A DNA stretch of 64,000 nt, taken from Lytechinus pictus (Eukaryota). Shown here in pieces: positions 28,701 to 40,700 of the stretch. A model generated the notes under the pieces. That model had not been told where the DNA came from. It saw nothing but the letters and a program-made list of their open reading frames with translations, and did not search any database. Where the stretch lies: the NCBI RefSeq assembly GCF_037042905.1, contig NC_087245.1:15006001-15070000 (forward strand), written 5' to 3'. Position 1 is the stretch's first letter. Each line of letters begins with the position of its first letter. Position numbers and translations under genes: made by a program.

Positions 28701-31700
28701 AAGCAAGCTCAACAATCAGGCTCGATTTATCATGGAGAAGATAGACGGCAAGGTGGTGATAGGTGAGGCAATGACTGACAAGGCTGGTTTTATGAAATTT
28801 TGTGTTTGATTCAAATCAATCTCAACGATGGAAAGTCAATAAAACCATAATTCTTCATAGAAAAGCACATGCACTTATCCATTTGTAAACAACAAGGATG
28901 TAACTGATTGACCAAAACAATAATAATAATAACAATGCATGAGTATTGTTTCTTGTTTGCGAGACATGATATAAAAGGGCATTTTAAGTCAAGATGATGG
29001 TGTCATTGACCTTCCGTTGATTTGGTCAACAACACTCTTTTTGTAAGATGTGGCCTTGGGCTTGTTTGATAAAAACTTGATATTTATTCAAATCAACTTG
29101 AAATTGATTTTTGATCTCTTAAATACAAAAGGAAGATCAATTCTCGATTTGGGTATACTTTGAATCAGTTGCAACTCTGCAAAATGTCATTTGTCTCAAT
29201 ATAATGTCTTGTGTGCCTGTAATAAGCCAATTCGTAGTTCCTTTCTGCGCATGATCAAAAGATTCTACGCATGATCAGAGGAAGGTCATTTGTACTGAAG
29301 TGACATGGTGGTTTAAAATCTAATGAGATAAGCACCAACTTTGATGTCTTGATTATTCATATATTCTTTTGAATTGTGCTTTTCATTTACATCCACAAAA
29401 AACAACAATTCGTCCACGAACGACTGGTATTTCACAGTTTGCCAAGTACATTGTGCAACATGCTATGATATGCATTCAAAGTAGGAATGCAACAAATACC
29501 TTCATAAAGTGTTCATTTGTGTGCTATTCTAGCCACCTGGTCTATATATATTCAATTTCTTCATCCTGCTATGTAAGGCAAGCTTACGTAATATTTTGCT
29601 TTGAAATCTGCCTATCATAATGAAAGAAATGAAAGGTCATTTGACCATAATTGTCCAGAAGTAACTATGAACTGGTCTATTGAGCTCCATCTTAAAGCTA
29701 CAAAGTGATTCAAGTATTGTGATCAAATCATGAGTTCAATATTGTTGATATCAATATTAATGGTCAGCCCCAGGCTTAAACAAGCATATCTCATTGATGC
29801 ATATCTCTAAAAACGCCAATACACTTACAAGTAGTATAACAGGAGTATAAAGAAGGGAAAAAATAAAAACAGAGAAATAGCAATACAAAGGTGAGGCCAA
29901 AGTTTGATAAAAATATGTGATTGATGACAGGAGACAAATCCATTAGCCATCTTATCCACCAGGGGCCCGTTTCTCAACACATGGACAAGTTGGTCATATT
30001 TTTATCCACCAACCAAGGAGTTAGTTCCAATCTTGCTAAACCTGTTTCTCGAAAGGCTTCCTAACTATAGAATACATGTACCTTGATATCGATACTATCG
30101 GTAAAAAGAGCAGACGAGAAGTAGCCTTAGTCACAAAATAGCATAATTTTCAAAAAGAAAAATTATGACAAAATTGCAAATATTATGATGAATTGGGAAA
30201 TAAATCTTTTCAAAATAATAGCACAGGTGAATTATGCATCATACATACTTAGACCATGAAGACTGGAGCATTCAATTGGAGAGAAAATTAAATTATGAAT
30301 AATTCATTTCATGACTAAAAAATCACTTGTGGACGTTGAGATGGGTACCCCCGGGAGACCCAATTTTAATAGTTTACGAAAGTAAACCATAACGGTTTTC
30401 TTTGTAAAATGATGATAATTATACGGACTTTTACGATTCCAAACGTCATCAAAATATAGGTTAACGAAACATTTTTAATCATTGATACCGAAAGATACGA
30501 TATTGGACAAATTATATGCATAAATTAGAGATAGAATTCATCCAACTGTTAATAGGGGTCTGAAAACAACAAATGCGAGTTCAGTTATGGATGGTCTGAC
30601 GTGGTAGAATCTTTATCGATTAAATCATTTTACTATTTCAAAATGAATGGTTTTGTGGCGTTTACCAACACTTTTTATAGTTTCTTTGTATTACAATTAT
30701 CATTGAATGCATTAACCCACTTGTTTTGTGATGTAATTTCAACCACTATGATTGATTACGTAAGATTATAATTTTAAAATTTCTAGGCACTTTCGCATGT
30801 CATAGTCTACCCAAGTAATGCCACTACGTCATTAAGAAAGAAGTTAAGACAGGTTCGGAGGTGTCATAAATATTTAGTGAGGTTGTTGTACCCGATCTTG
30901 GTAAAGAGGGCTTCGTGAAACGGTTAGCGGTTAGGTAGCTCACTATCTCCGATTTAGTCAAGAAGTTAGACTTATGACGGTGTTGAGAAACGGGCCCCAG
31001 ATCCTGACATCCTTAGTGTTCTTCTTTCTCCGCTATCTTTACAGAGAACAAGTCCAAGACATCCATGATCAGTCAGCTGGCCTCTAGGGGGTATGACTCG
31101 GACCCTGTCAAGGCCTGGAAGGAAGCCCAGCAGAAGACTGTGGAGGATGAGGATAGCTTTGACGATGCCGCAAGTGATTCGTCAGAGGCTGGCTCTGGAC
31201 CCGATTACAACTACCTTCTTGGAATGTCCTTGTGGAGTCTGACAAAAGAGAAGAAGAATGAACTGCTGAAGCAGAGAGATGATAAGGTATGTATTCTGAG
31301 AAGATTTACAAGTTTTTGTTGGATTTTTCTTTTATACATCCGATTCTGAGTTTAGAGATCCTGATTGATGAGATATCTGTGATAATTTTTTTATTAATGC
31401 AATGGCCCCCCAAATATATTTTGTGTCTTAGTCTTGCATTACTGCATATTGATATTGCTTCATATTTCTATTTCAGGTAGCGTATAGATGATGTTAGTCT
31501 ACTCTGATAAGTGCAAGTATTATTAGGGTTTCGAAAAATTTGTCCTTAAATACTGAATATATCTCAATAAATACAGTCAAACCTGTGTATAGTGGTCACC
31601 AAAGGAAAACAGCAAAAGTTGCTAAGTACTATAGACAGGATAGCAGCCATCATGCCATGTACTGTAGATATTGCAATGTACTGGACCTACAGTTTCGATA

Positions 31701-34700
31701 TGTGTTTTTAAATTCAATGAGTTAAATTTTATATGTAATATTGCATACCGTACATATATCTATCTCAATCCAACATATTGATTTTACATATGTAATCATT
31801 ATTTTAATAGTAAGAATCATTATCTTAATAGTAAGATTTGTGTTTAGATGCAGCTTCATGTGCAAAGACAAGCTATACTGTCAGAGTCAAAAGTTTTGGT
31901 GAAGCTGATTTATAGTGGCCACTGTAGAGGGTGGGTTATTGACCGAGGAACGTAAAATGAGCTGCTACTGGCCACATTAAACAGGTGGCTGCTATAGACA
32001 GGGTCTGCAATACATGAATTTCCTGTGGGGAAATTTCAAGTAGCCACTAATGTATAAAGCAGGTGGCCGCTATAGACAGGTGGCCACTAAGACTGGTTCA
32101 TTGTATATGCTAAATTTGTGCAAACCTTTGCATTCTTTTGATGAATGCATGGTTTTTGAGGTCCGACTAGTTGTAATTTCTCACTTCCCAGCCACCAATA
32201 GGAAATAATGAATGAAATATCAAGTATGATTTGTGGAGGATTCTATAACACTGCCCTCTGTAAATTGTTGCAGGAGGAATCAGGTTATTAAAGTTTTTAT
32301 TAAATTGTAGAAGTTAGAGTGTGCTATTCAATTTAGATCTGACAACTTTTACTGTGTGCAGTCGGGAATCCATCTAGTTTGCTTTTACTTTGACCAGCTT
32401 GATACAGGTTCTGCTTTTTCCCTTTTCCATAATGAATTACGACATTGAATAGGGTTATGTGATATATATATTTCACTTATACACATAAAACCTGGCTATA
32501 AAGACCAGCTGAAAAGAATTCAAAAATAGTGACCTTTATATATCAGTGTTCTCAGTGACAGGTTCTCCCAAGATGACAAGGATGTGGCTTAGCAGTATTA
32601 TTCATTGATTGTATCTTCCTTATTTCTAGGCTGCCGAGCTGAGTGCTTTGAGGAGAAAGACTGCCAGTATGTTATGGACCGATGATCTAAATGCTTTCGC
32701 AGCAGAGCTTGATGTAAGTTACAAATGAAGCCATAGTATGAAAGAGTTAACTGTACCCCATTATATCATAACAAAACTTTCTTGTACATACTCCTTTGGT
32801 CTCTAATGGTATTTGTTGATCCCATGCACATGTGTGAGGATGTTGATTGTAATCAAATTGATGAATTCAGATATGAAGTAAAAATATAACCCCTCTTCCG
32901 ACATAAAAAAAATTGCTGCCGGACATTTATTTTTTACACTTTTTGTTTAGTCCCATATTCTTGTCTTTAAGGAGAGTACACAAGATGGTTACATTCAACT
33001 AATGTTACTTACCGATTTTCTGAAACCCAGATCCCTTTTACATGAAAATCACAGGTCAGCTATCCGCTTTATCTGAAATGGGGAATTACACAAGGATAAA
33101 TCTTCCATAAAATGATAATCCTTTCTGTGCATCCAATTCCTATTTTCCTCCATGTTTTCTTAACTTCATGAACTACTCAAGCCATTATAATACAAGTGCA
33201 TTACACTTTTCATATGAAGCACAAAGCAGAAACAAATAATAAATTTCAGGAAAGTCCTGAATATATGGGGTCATATTTGAATACTTTATTTGCCCACAAA
33301 CTGTAATCAAGGAATTATTTTACTTGAACATTTCCAGAGGGTAGAAGCCCAAGAGAGGGAAGATGCATCCTCAGGCGTGGCAGCGTTATCATCCAAGATG
33401 GCGAAGGGTAAAGGTAGCAAGATCAACAAACCACGCAAACAAAAGCTGCTCACAAGAGAAGAAACCAAGCCCTCACCGTACGGACGACGTGTAGTCCCAC
33501 GTACAGATAATCTCATCAAGAAGCCAGCTGGTGATGGAAGGAGAGGCAGGGTAGGTCTTTGAGTACATTGCCTCTTCCCAAGTGCAACAGTTTATTCTTT
33601 GTAGTTCAAGCTTCTCTTTTGTGTATTTGAATCCTCTTTGCTCCTCAGAAATATTTTTGCTAAGGTGGTCACATTTTCTTGTTTCCATCGAGTCTCAGGA
33701 ATTTTGCAAAGTATATTAAACTGCATTTTAGAATCCATGATAAGTGATTGATATTTTCAATTGCATATTATCATGTTCCGCTCGTATAGAACAGTGAAGT
33801 GTTCGTGTATTGTTCTATAATGCAATCTCTCTATTCATAATTTTATGTAACAGTTGCATACTTTTGTTTTAATGACTGGCAGAATGGCACTTTCACTGAT
33901 TACCTTTTCTGTCTATGACTCGTTATACTTTGTTTAAATTTTTATTTTGTCATAGCTAGTATCATCTTGTGGAATTCATGTCTATTTATGATTCAATCTG
34001 TATTATTTTTTCTCTATCTTTGATTCTAGAAACCCAAAGAAGTGGACATAAAGATGGAGGAAGGTTCTGAACTTTCTGGACTCCTGGATGATGACAAGGA
34101 TTCAGTTGCACTATCGGACAAACCGGCTGGAGCCAAGCCTAAAGCAAAGACGGGTATGCTTTCTCACAGCCTGGCTGGCTTTGTGCCACATAGAGCCATG
34201 CACCTTTGTAGTAGAGAAACATTGTCACTTTCATCTAGCCCTAATTGTTTAGACTATGTCCCCAGCCAACTCGATATAATCTCAAATTTCAGGTTTCATG
34301 GAGCCAGATCAGACCTTTTCATATGCAGATTTCAGATACACCACACCGCAAAATGGTTGTATCCTTTCCATAACCAAGAAAACATGGAATTTCAGACAAT
34401 GTTTGATTATTCTACTCTCATTGAGAAAAAACACTTGTGTGGTTACCACAATAATGGACTTTCATTCAAATCTTCCACCCCCATTCATCACTTTAACTCA
34501 AATGTTGGAGCTCTGAGTAGTAGTAGGTTACTCAGAAATTGCCAGTTAATATGGAATATGTCTTTGCCTTCATCTAGACATTTGTTTCCAGCACATTCCC
34601 TTAAACCTATCTCCTACAATGATGTTAGCCTCTGGAAACAATGCAAATTGATAAGAAGATTTCAACATTTGATTAGTTCTTTGCCAAAGTGACCTCATTT

Positions 34701-37700
34701 TCCTCCAAAGAATTGATACAGCAATAGCTGCAAGCATAATAGCTGTTTTGTAATGCATTTTAAGGTCGTTCATCATTTTGAGTTTGTTTATGCAAAAATT
34801 TGTTGGTGTTATTTATTCAATTTCAAAAAACCATTTGTGCAATACATGTTGAGTTTTAGAAAGTGATTTTTGTTTTGCTTCCAAACAGAACAGTGCAATG
34901 GTACCCACCCCCAATGTGACCCAAGACCCTAAACCTTTAACCCACAGTCATATTCTAGATATAACAAAGATTATTACCGGTAATGTGATAGTCAGTTTCA
35001 TGGTATAGTAGTATAAATATTTGTGACAGGTGCACATGAATCTTGTCCAGGGCCCATTACATAAAAGTTACTATTATGGTAACTTTGCCATCCAATGGTA
35101 ACTACCATAGTAACGCTGAGCAACAACCAATCAAAATCAAGGATTCCAGACAAGTTACCATTGGATGGCAAAGTTAGCATAATGGTAATTTTTATGCACC
35201 CACCACATAGGAGGTCCATACCATTTGTTTTTTCTAAGTGGGACCTTCTGCCTACTTGCCAAGCACATGGTATATTAGAATGAACAAGGTAAATAATCTC
35301 ATGTTATGCTGGGCCCTACTTGTAAAATGGTTACTGTGGGTAAATAATAATGGTTAGTTAAAAGATCTTTGATAGAGGTTGCAGCACTAGATATATTTTG
35401 GATCCCCATCTGGTATTCTTTATTAATATATTTTATTGGTAGAAATTTGATATTACTCCTAGGCAAAATAATTAGGTTATCATGAATTGAAAGGTGTGGA
35501 GTATGTTAGCTGATCTTTTGTTTCATTTGTCAAAATCACAAATCAGCATTTCATAGAATCTGAAGAAGTAAGAATCAAGTATTTCAGTTTAGACACCATA
35601 TTTGACGTTTATGTGATTTTAGGGATATATTCATTGTGCTATTGCATAAAACTGATTCACGTTTTTGTAACATCTTCAATAGATTAATATGAAGGGCCTA
35701 TATGAATTTCTCTTGTTAGTTATCAGTATTGGTAGCAAATTAACACTTAAAAACAACAACATAAACTGCATTTCAGGGTTTTAGCATGACATATCTTTGT
35801 ATAGGATCACTCCCATGTTGGAGCCTTTACTGTATTCAAGACCAAATATGTAATACAATGTTCAGTACTCTGTCTTCCGATTATGTTGCCCAAATTACCA
35901 CTTTTGAAAACAAATCTTCATTTATATCATAGATTTGTTTGATATGACTTGTAGGCCATTATGCAGCTGATAAATGAAACTATATTTCAGAGAGGATTTG
36001 CCTTGTTGAATTAATAGATTAAATTAGATTAAACTACCTCTGAAATTATTAAAGCCAAATTTGTAGTTCAGTGTTTTCTATTAGTGTCTGTTTGTTTATT
36101 TGATATTTAGGATGTATCAAAGATACATAGAGCTGTGACATTCCTGTCTTTAAAAGCAAGTTCACACAGATTTCATGCAATCAAATTCCGGAAATATTTT
36201 CATTTTGGCACACTTTATGGTAAAGGAAGACAACTAGATTTGTTTTATTTCAAGGGGTACTGGTAGTATCATTCAAGGATATTGTTGTTGGGAATAAGAA
36301 AAGAATCCCTTGTCAGATAAATGACAAGGTAGTTTTCCAAAGTTGTCACCATTTGGGCAAGGTTTATTTATAACAAGGCAATCGAGGTTTTAGGGGCCGG
36401 TTCACATGACACAAGACTATCAATTGTCAAAGACTAGTTATGTAAAAATATGTGATAATGTTGTGATGATAATACGAGATAGTGAGCCGTGACCTTTTGT
36501 GCTTTTTGAAATGGGGTCACTGATGAATCACAATTTCCCATCACCAACCATATATTACTCCAAATATTCACAATATCATAGAGGGCTTGAGATTCTCATC
36601 TTCCTTTTAGTGAAGAACATATCATTTTCCTTTGAATAAATTCCAATAACTACATTACTGTTTTTGACACCATCCCATTCTTTTTTTAGACTTGGGGTTT
36701 TGCAAATATAGGTCCAGTCAGATATGCTATACACTGGGTGATATCAAGTTTGGTGTTGACAGTGGGTGTTGATTCAGTTTTACACCCGCGATAGCACTGA
36801 AATTTATAATGAAGCTGGTGCTAGGACTTAACTTCTGATGGTGTGAGTTGTTTGACTTGTGTCATGCCATAAACAGTGTTAGTGCTATGCTTCGCAGTAT
36901 GAATCACGCTCTTAACACCGATTTCCACTCCCCAAACTTCAAATTACACAATGTGTATTTGAATTTGCATCTTCTGTTGTAACTGTTAAAGTCCCATCAT
37001 GGACATGAACCAAAAATCATTATGCATAGGATCACTTAAGGTGCGATAACATTTTAATTACAGCCTGTTACCTTTTCTACCCCCCCCCCCCACAACAACA
37101 GCCAAACCCAGAGTGCCCAAGGAACCCAAAGAACCAAAAGCACCTAAAGTACCCCGAAAACCCAGACAGCCAAAGGCCCCTGGGAGCGTAAAGGGTAAGA
37201 AGGGGGCCAAGAAATCCAAGTGTAACCCTTGGTCAGATGAATCGGAAGAAGAGGCGATGGATGATATCACCAGCGGTGATGCCGCCCTCGCTGCTAAACT
37301 GGCGGCACAGGGGGACAGGGGACCTAGAAGGGCTGCTGGTAGGTATCTTGTTGATTATTACAGATTTACAGTGTACTGAACATATGGTATGATCATGGGT
37401 TACAGCGTGGCGATGGCTCCGAACAAGAAAGGGGCGCAGATTGCACCCCCCCCCCTCCCCTGTATGATAAACTATAAAATTGATATATCAATTAGTTAAT
37501 GCTAAAGTACGCATACATTCATGAATCTCGGCTCAAACACAATCGGCAGTGTAATTTCACATGAAATAATATTTTGAATGGGGTTTTGTCCAACATGCAA
37601 TGATGAGCTTCGAGCTAGGTTTGTGATTAAGATGCTCTGTTTGACATAGACAACTGTTTGTATGGTAGAATTTAATGGAATCCACTACCCAGGCATGCAT

Positions 37701-40700
37701 ATATTTCATTTAAACTCCTTGATATATACAATGTACTGTACCAGTTCCGTTTTAGCCAAGAATTGTGCCACTTTATGTTTGATGATCTGGTACTAACATG
37801 ACTCCTTGTCCTTACTTCATCCTAGCATCGGCCAAGAAGAAATACACTTACAGTGACGAAGAAGAGAGCGACCAGAGCGGGGACTCCTACATCACCGCTG
37901 CTGCACGGCGAGAGGAAGTCACTTACCATGATGAGAATGATCTGGTTGATGACGTCACCATGTCCCAACCCCCGGAGATGTCTAATGACTTCTCTGATAA
38001 TGACATGGAGAACAACAGCGATGCATCCTTTGATGTGGCCCCAAAGAAACCCAAGAAGAAACCCGCTCCAAAGAAACCTGCAACTAAGAAACCTGCCAAT
38101 GCCAAGAAAACCTCCAAACCTGTGAAGTCGTCAAAATATATAGAAGTCGATAGTGATGATAGCGATGGCATGTTGAAAGGTATGTTGAATAATAAGGCTG
38201 GATAATGTGACAATAATATTAAAACAGATATATTTGCCTAAGCCAAATCTCTTAAGACCACAGAATAATGTTTGACTGAACTGAAATTTGACTTAGAAGG
38301 GACAAATAACATATTTAGCATTTAATTTGGCCTGATAAATAGGTAAAACTTGGTCAACTTTTGTATTTTGGTAGGTTGACTTATGCATACTTGTATTGTA
38401 TTATGACTTTAACTGTAAAAGTTCAATGAGTAAAACATGATGGGCCCTCAATATGCAACCTCTCATGATGTTATGAAACAGGAGATTTTATGTTTTAGAA
38501 AACAATATCTCCCCGAAACTGCTCTAGCCAGTGACAAAACAGATTTTGCTGATCCACCTCTCCAAGATGAAGGTAATGAGCCACATAGGTGTCAACCCTC
38601 GGTTCGAAATCAACTATCTGTTTATTTCACATGAAAGCCTTATACCGAAGAAGATAATCGCATGTGAACATTGCTTAAGAGGTATTCACGGGAGAGGTTA
38701 TATTGCCCTATTGTGATATATCAGTTGGTCATTATTCAAATTTCCTTATCATAATCTGGGGTTTCTGTGTTTTCTTTTATCAGATGAATCAAGTGACCGG
38801 CTATCTATTAACAGTGATTCAGATGCATCACCTGTACCAAAGCCCAAGGCAAAGGCAAAGCCTGCAGCCAAGCCCAAAAAAGGTATTGCCCACATATTTT
38901 TGACAATTTTCTTTCAGTGGTGTGGTAATGTTATTAGATATTGGGTCCATAACCCTGCAGGGCTACCAATGAATGCTTTATTGTGTAAAGACAAGACCTC
39001 ATAGGGTTTGTTTCATATGACCCATAACTCATTCAAACACTAACACATCCTCCTTGCATGAATAATGATGACAGTATCAGAAGTATATTTATAAAACTCA
39101 TAAACTATGAATTTCACTCTTCAGTGGTAGATCATATCTGGATATCAATCTTTTCTTTCAAAACCCTCATGTTTTTGGTTTTATATCAATTCATCTTTAT
39201 ATCTTTATTATATGCTAGAAACATTGATCTAAAAAATAATTAATTCAAGCATGCACAAAGTCATCCTTTTTAGTGAAAGCTTAATTCATGTAATACAGCC
39301 ATCAGGCCAGATAAACCAGCATTCGTCATGTTCTGGCCACCCCCTTTTCTGCAATAACCCTTTCACAGTAAACTGCGAGCACTAGAGTTCCTTGTTAGTT
39401 GTTAACCTACATGAATACTTCAGAATGGGCATTTGTGCAAATATCACACACTGTCTTACGGTCTCAAGAAAAGCAAAGTGACGTTTCATCTGTAAAGAAA
39501 TTATGATGCTGAAAAGACAACTACATGTAGCTCCTGCTAGATGAACCCCCTGTATCATTGTATCAATGCAGTTACATTGCATGTACTATGGGCTATGAGC
39601 ATACCACCCATGTTTTGACATTTGCCATATAAAATTTGGCAACAGTATTGATAGTTTTGATCGATACTGATCAATCATCAATATTTTGTATCAATTGTCC
39701 ATTTTTGTCTCGCCTGCATAGCAGAGCAAGACTATAGGCGCCGCTTTTCCGACGGCGGTGGCGGCGTCGTCAACATTGAAATCTTAACCAAGGTTAAGTT
39801 TTTGAAATGTCATCATAACTTCGAAAGTATTTGGCCCTAGTTCATGAAACTTGGACATAAGGGTGATAGTGTATCATTGAACCTAAGTTACCTAAGTTTC
39901 AGGTCACATGACCAAGGTCAAAGGTCACTTAGGGTCAATGAACTTTGACCATGTTGGGGGTATTTGTGGAATCGTCATCATAACTTTAAAATTTTATGGA
40001 TCTAGTTGATAAAACTTAGACATAAGAGCAATTATGTATCCCTGAACATCCTGTGCGATTTTCAGGTCACATGACCAAGGTCAAAGGTCATTTAGGGTCA
40101 ACAAACTTTGGTAATGTTGGGGGTATTTGTGGAATTGTCATCATAACTTTAAAAATTTATAGATCTAGTTCATAGAAACTTGGGACATAAGAGTAACCAT
40201 GTATCCCTGAATATTTTGTGTGTGTTTCAGGTCACATGACCAAAATCAAATGTCATTTATGGTCAACGAACTTTGATAATGTTGGGGGTATTTGTGGAAT
40301 TGTCATCATAACTTTAAAAGTTTATAAATCTAGTTTATGGAAACTTGGGACATAAGAGTAACCATGTATCCCTGAATATCTTGTGCTTTTTTCAGGTCAC
40401 ATGACCAAAATCAAAGGTCATTTAGGGTCAATGACCGTGTTGGGGGCCCGGTATTTGTTGAACTGGCATCATAACTTAGAAAGTTTATGGATCTACACAT
40501 GTAGTTCATGAAACATAGACATAAGGGTAATCGAGTTGTTTTGCACATGTCTGAGGTCACATGATCATGTTCAAAGGTCATGTTGGGTAAATGGACATAG
40601 TATTTTATTATCATATGAGTTTTCTTTTATGAGTAATTATTTAATAGCTGTTTTCAAAGTCAGCACTGCTGGTATATCAAATCGCGTAATGTAGGTGAGA

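Noticed and set aside
39900..40560. Regularly spaced repeats resembling a CRISPR array
   Set aside because: Whole ~164-bp units are homologous, there are no unique spacers, the context is eukaryotic and no cas genes are present.
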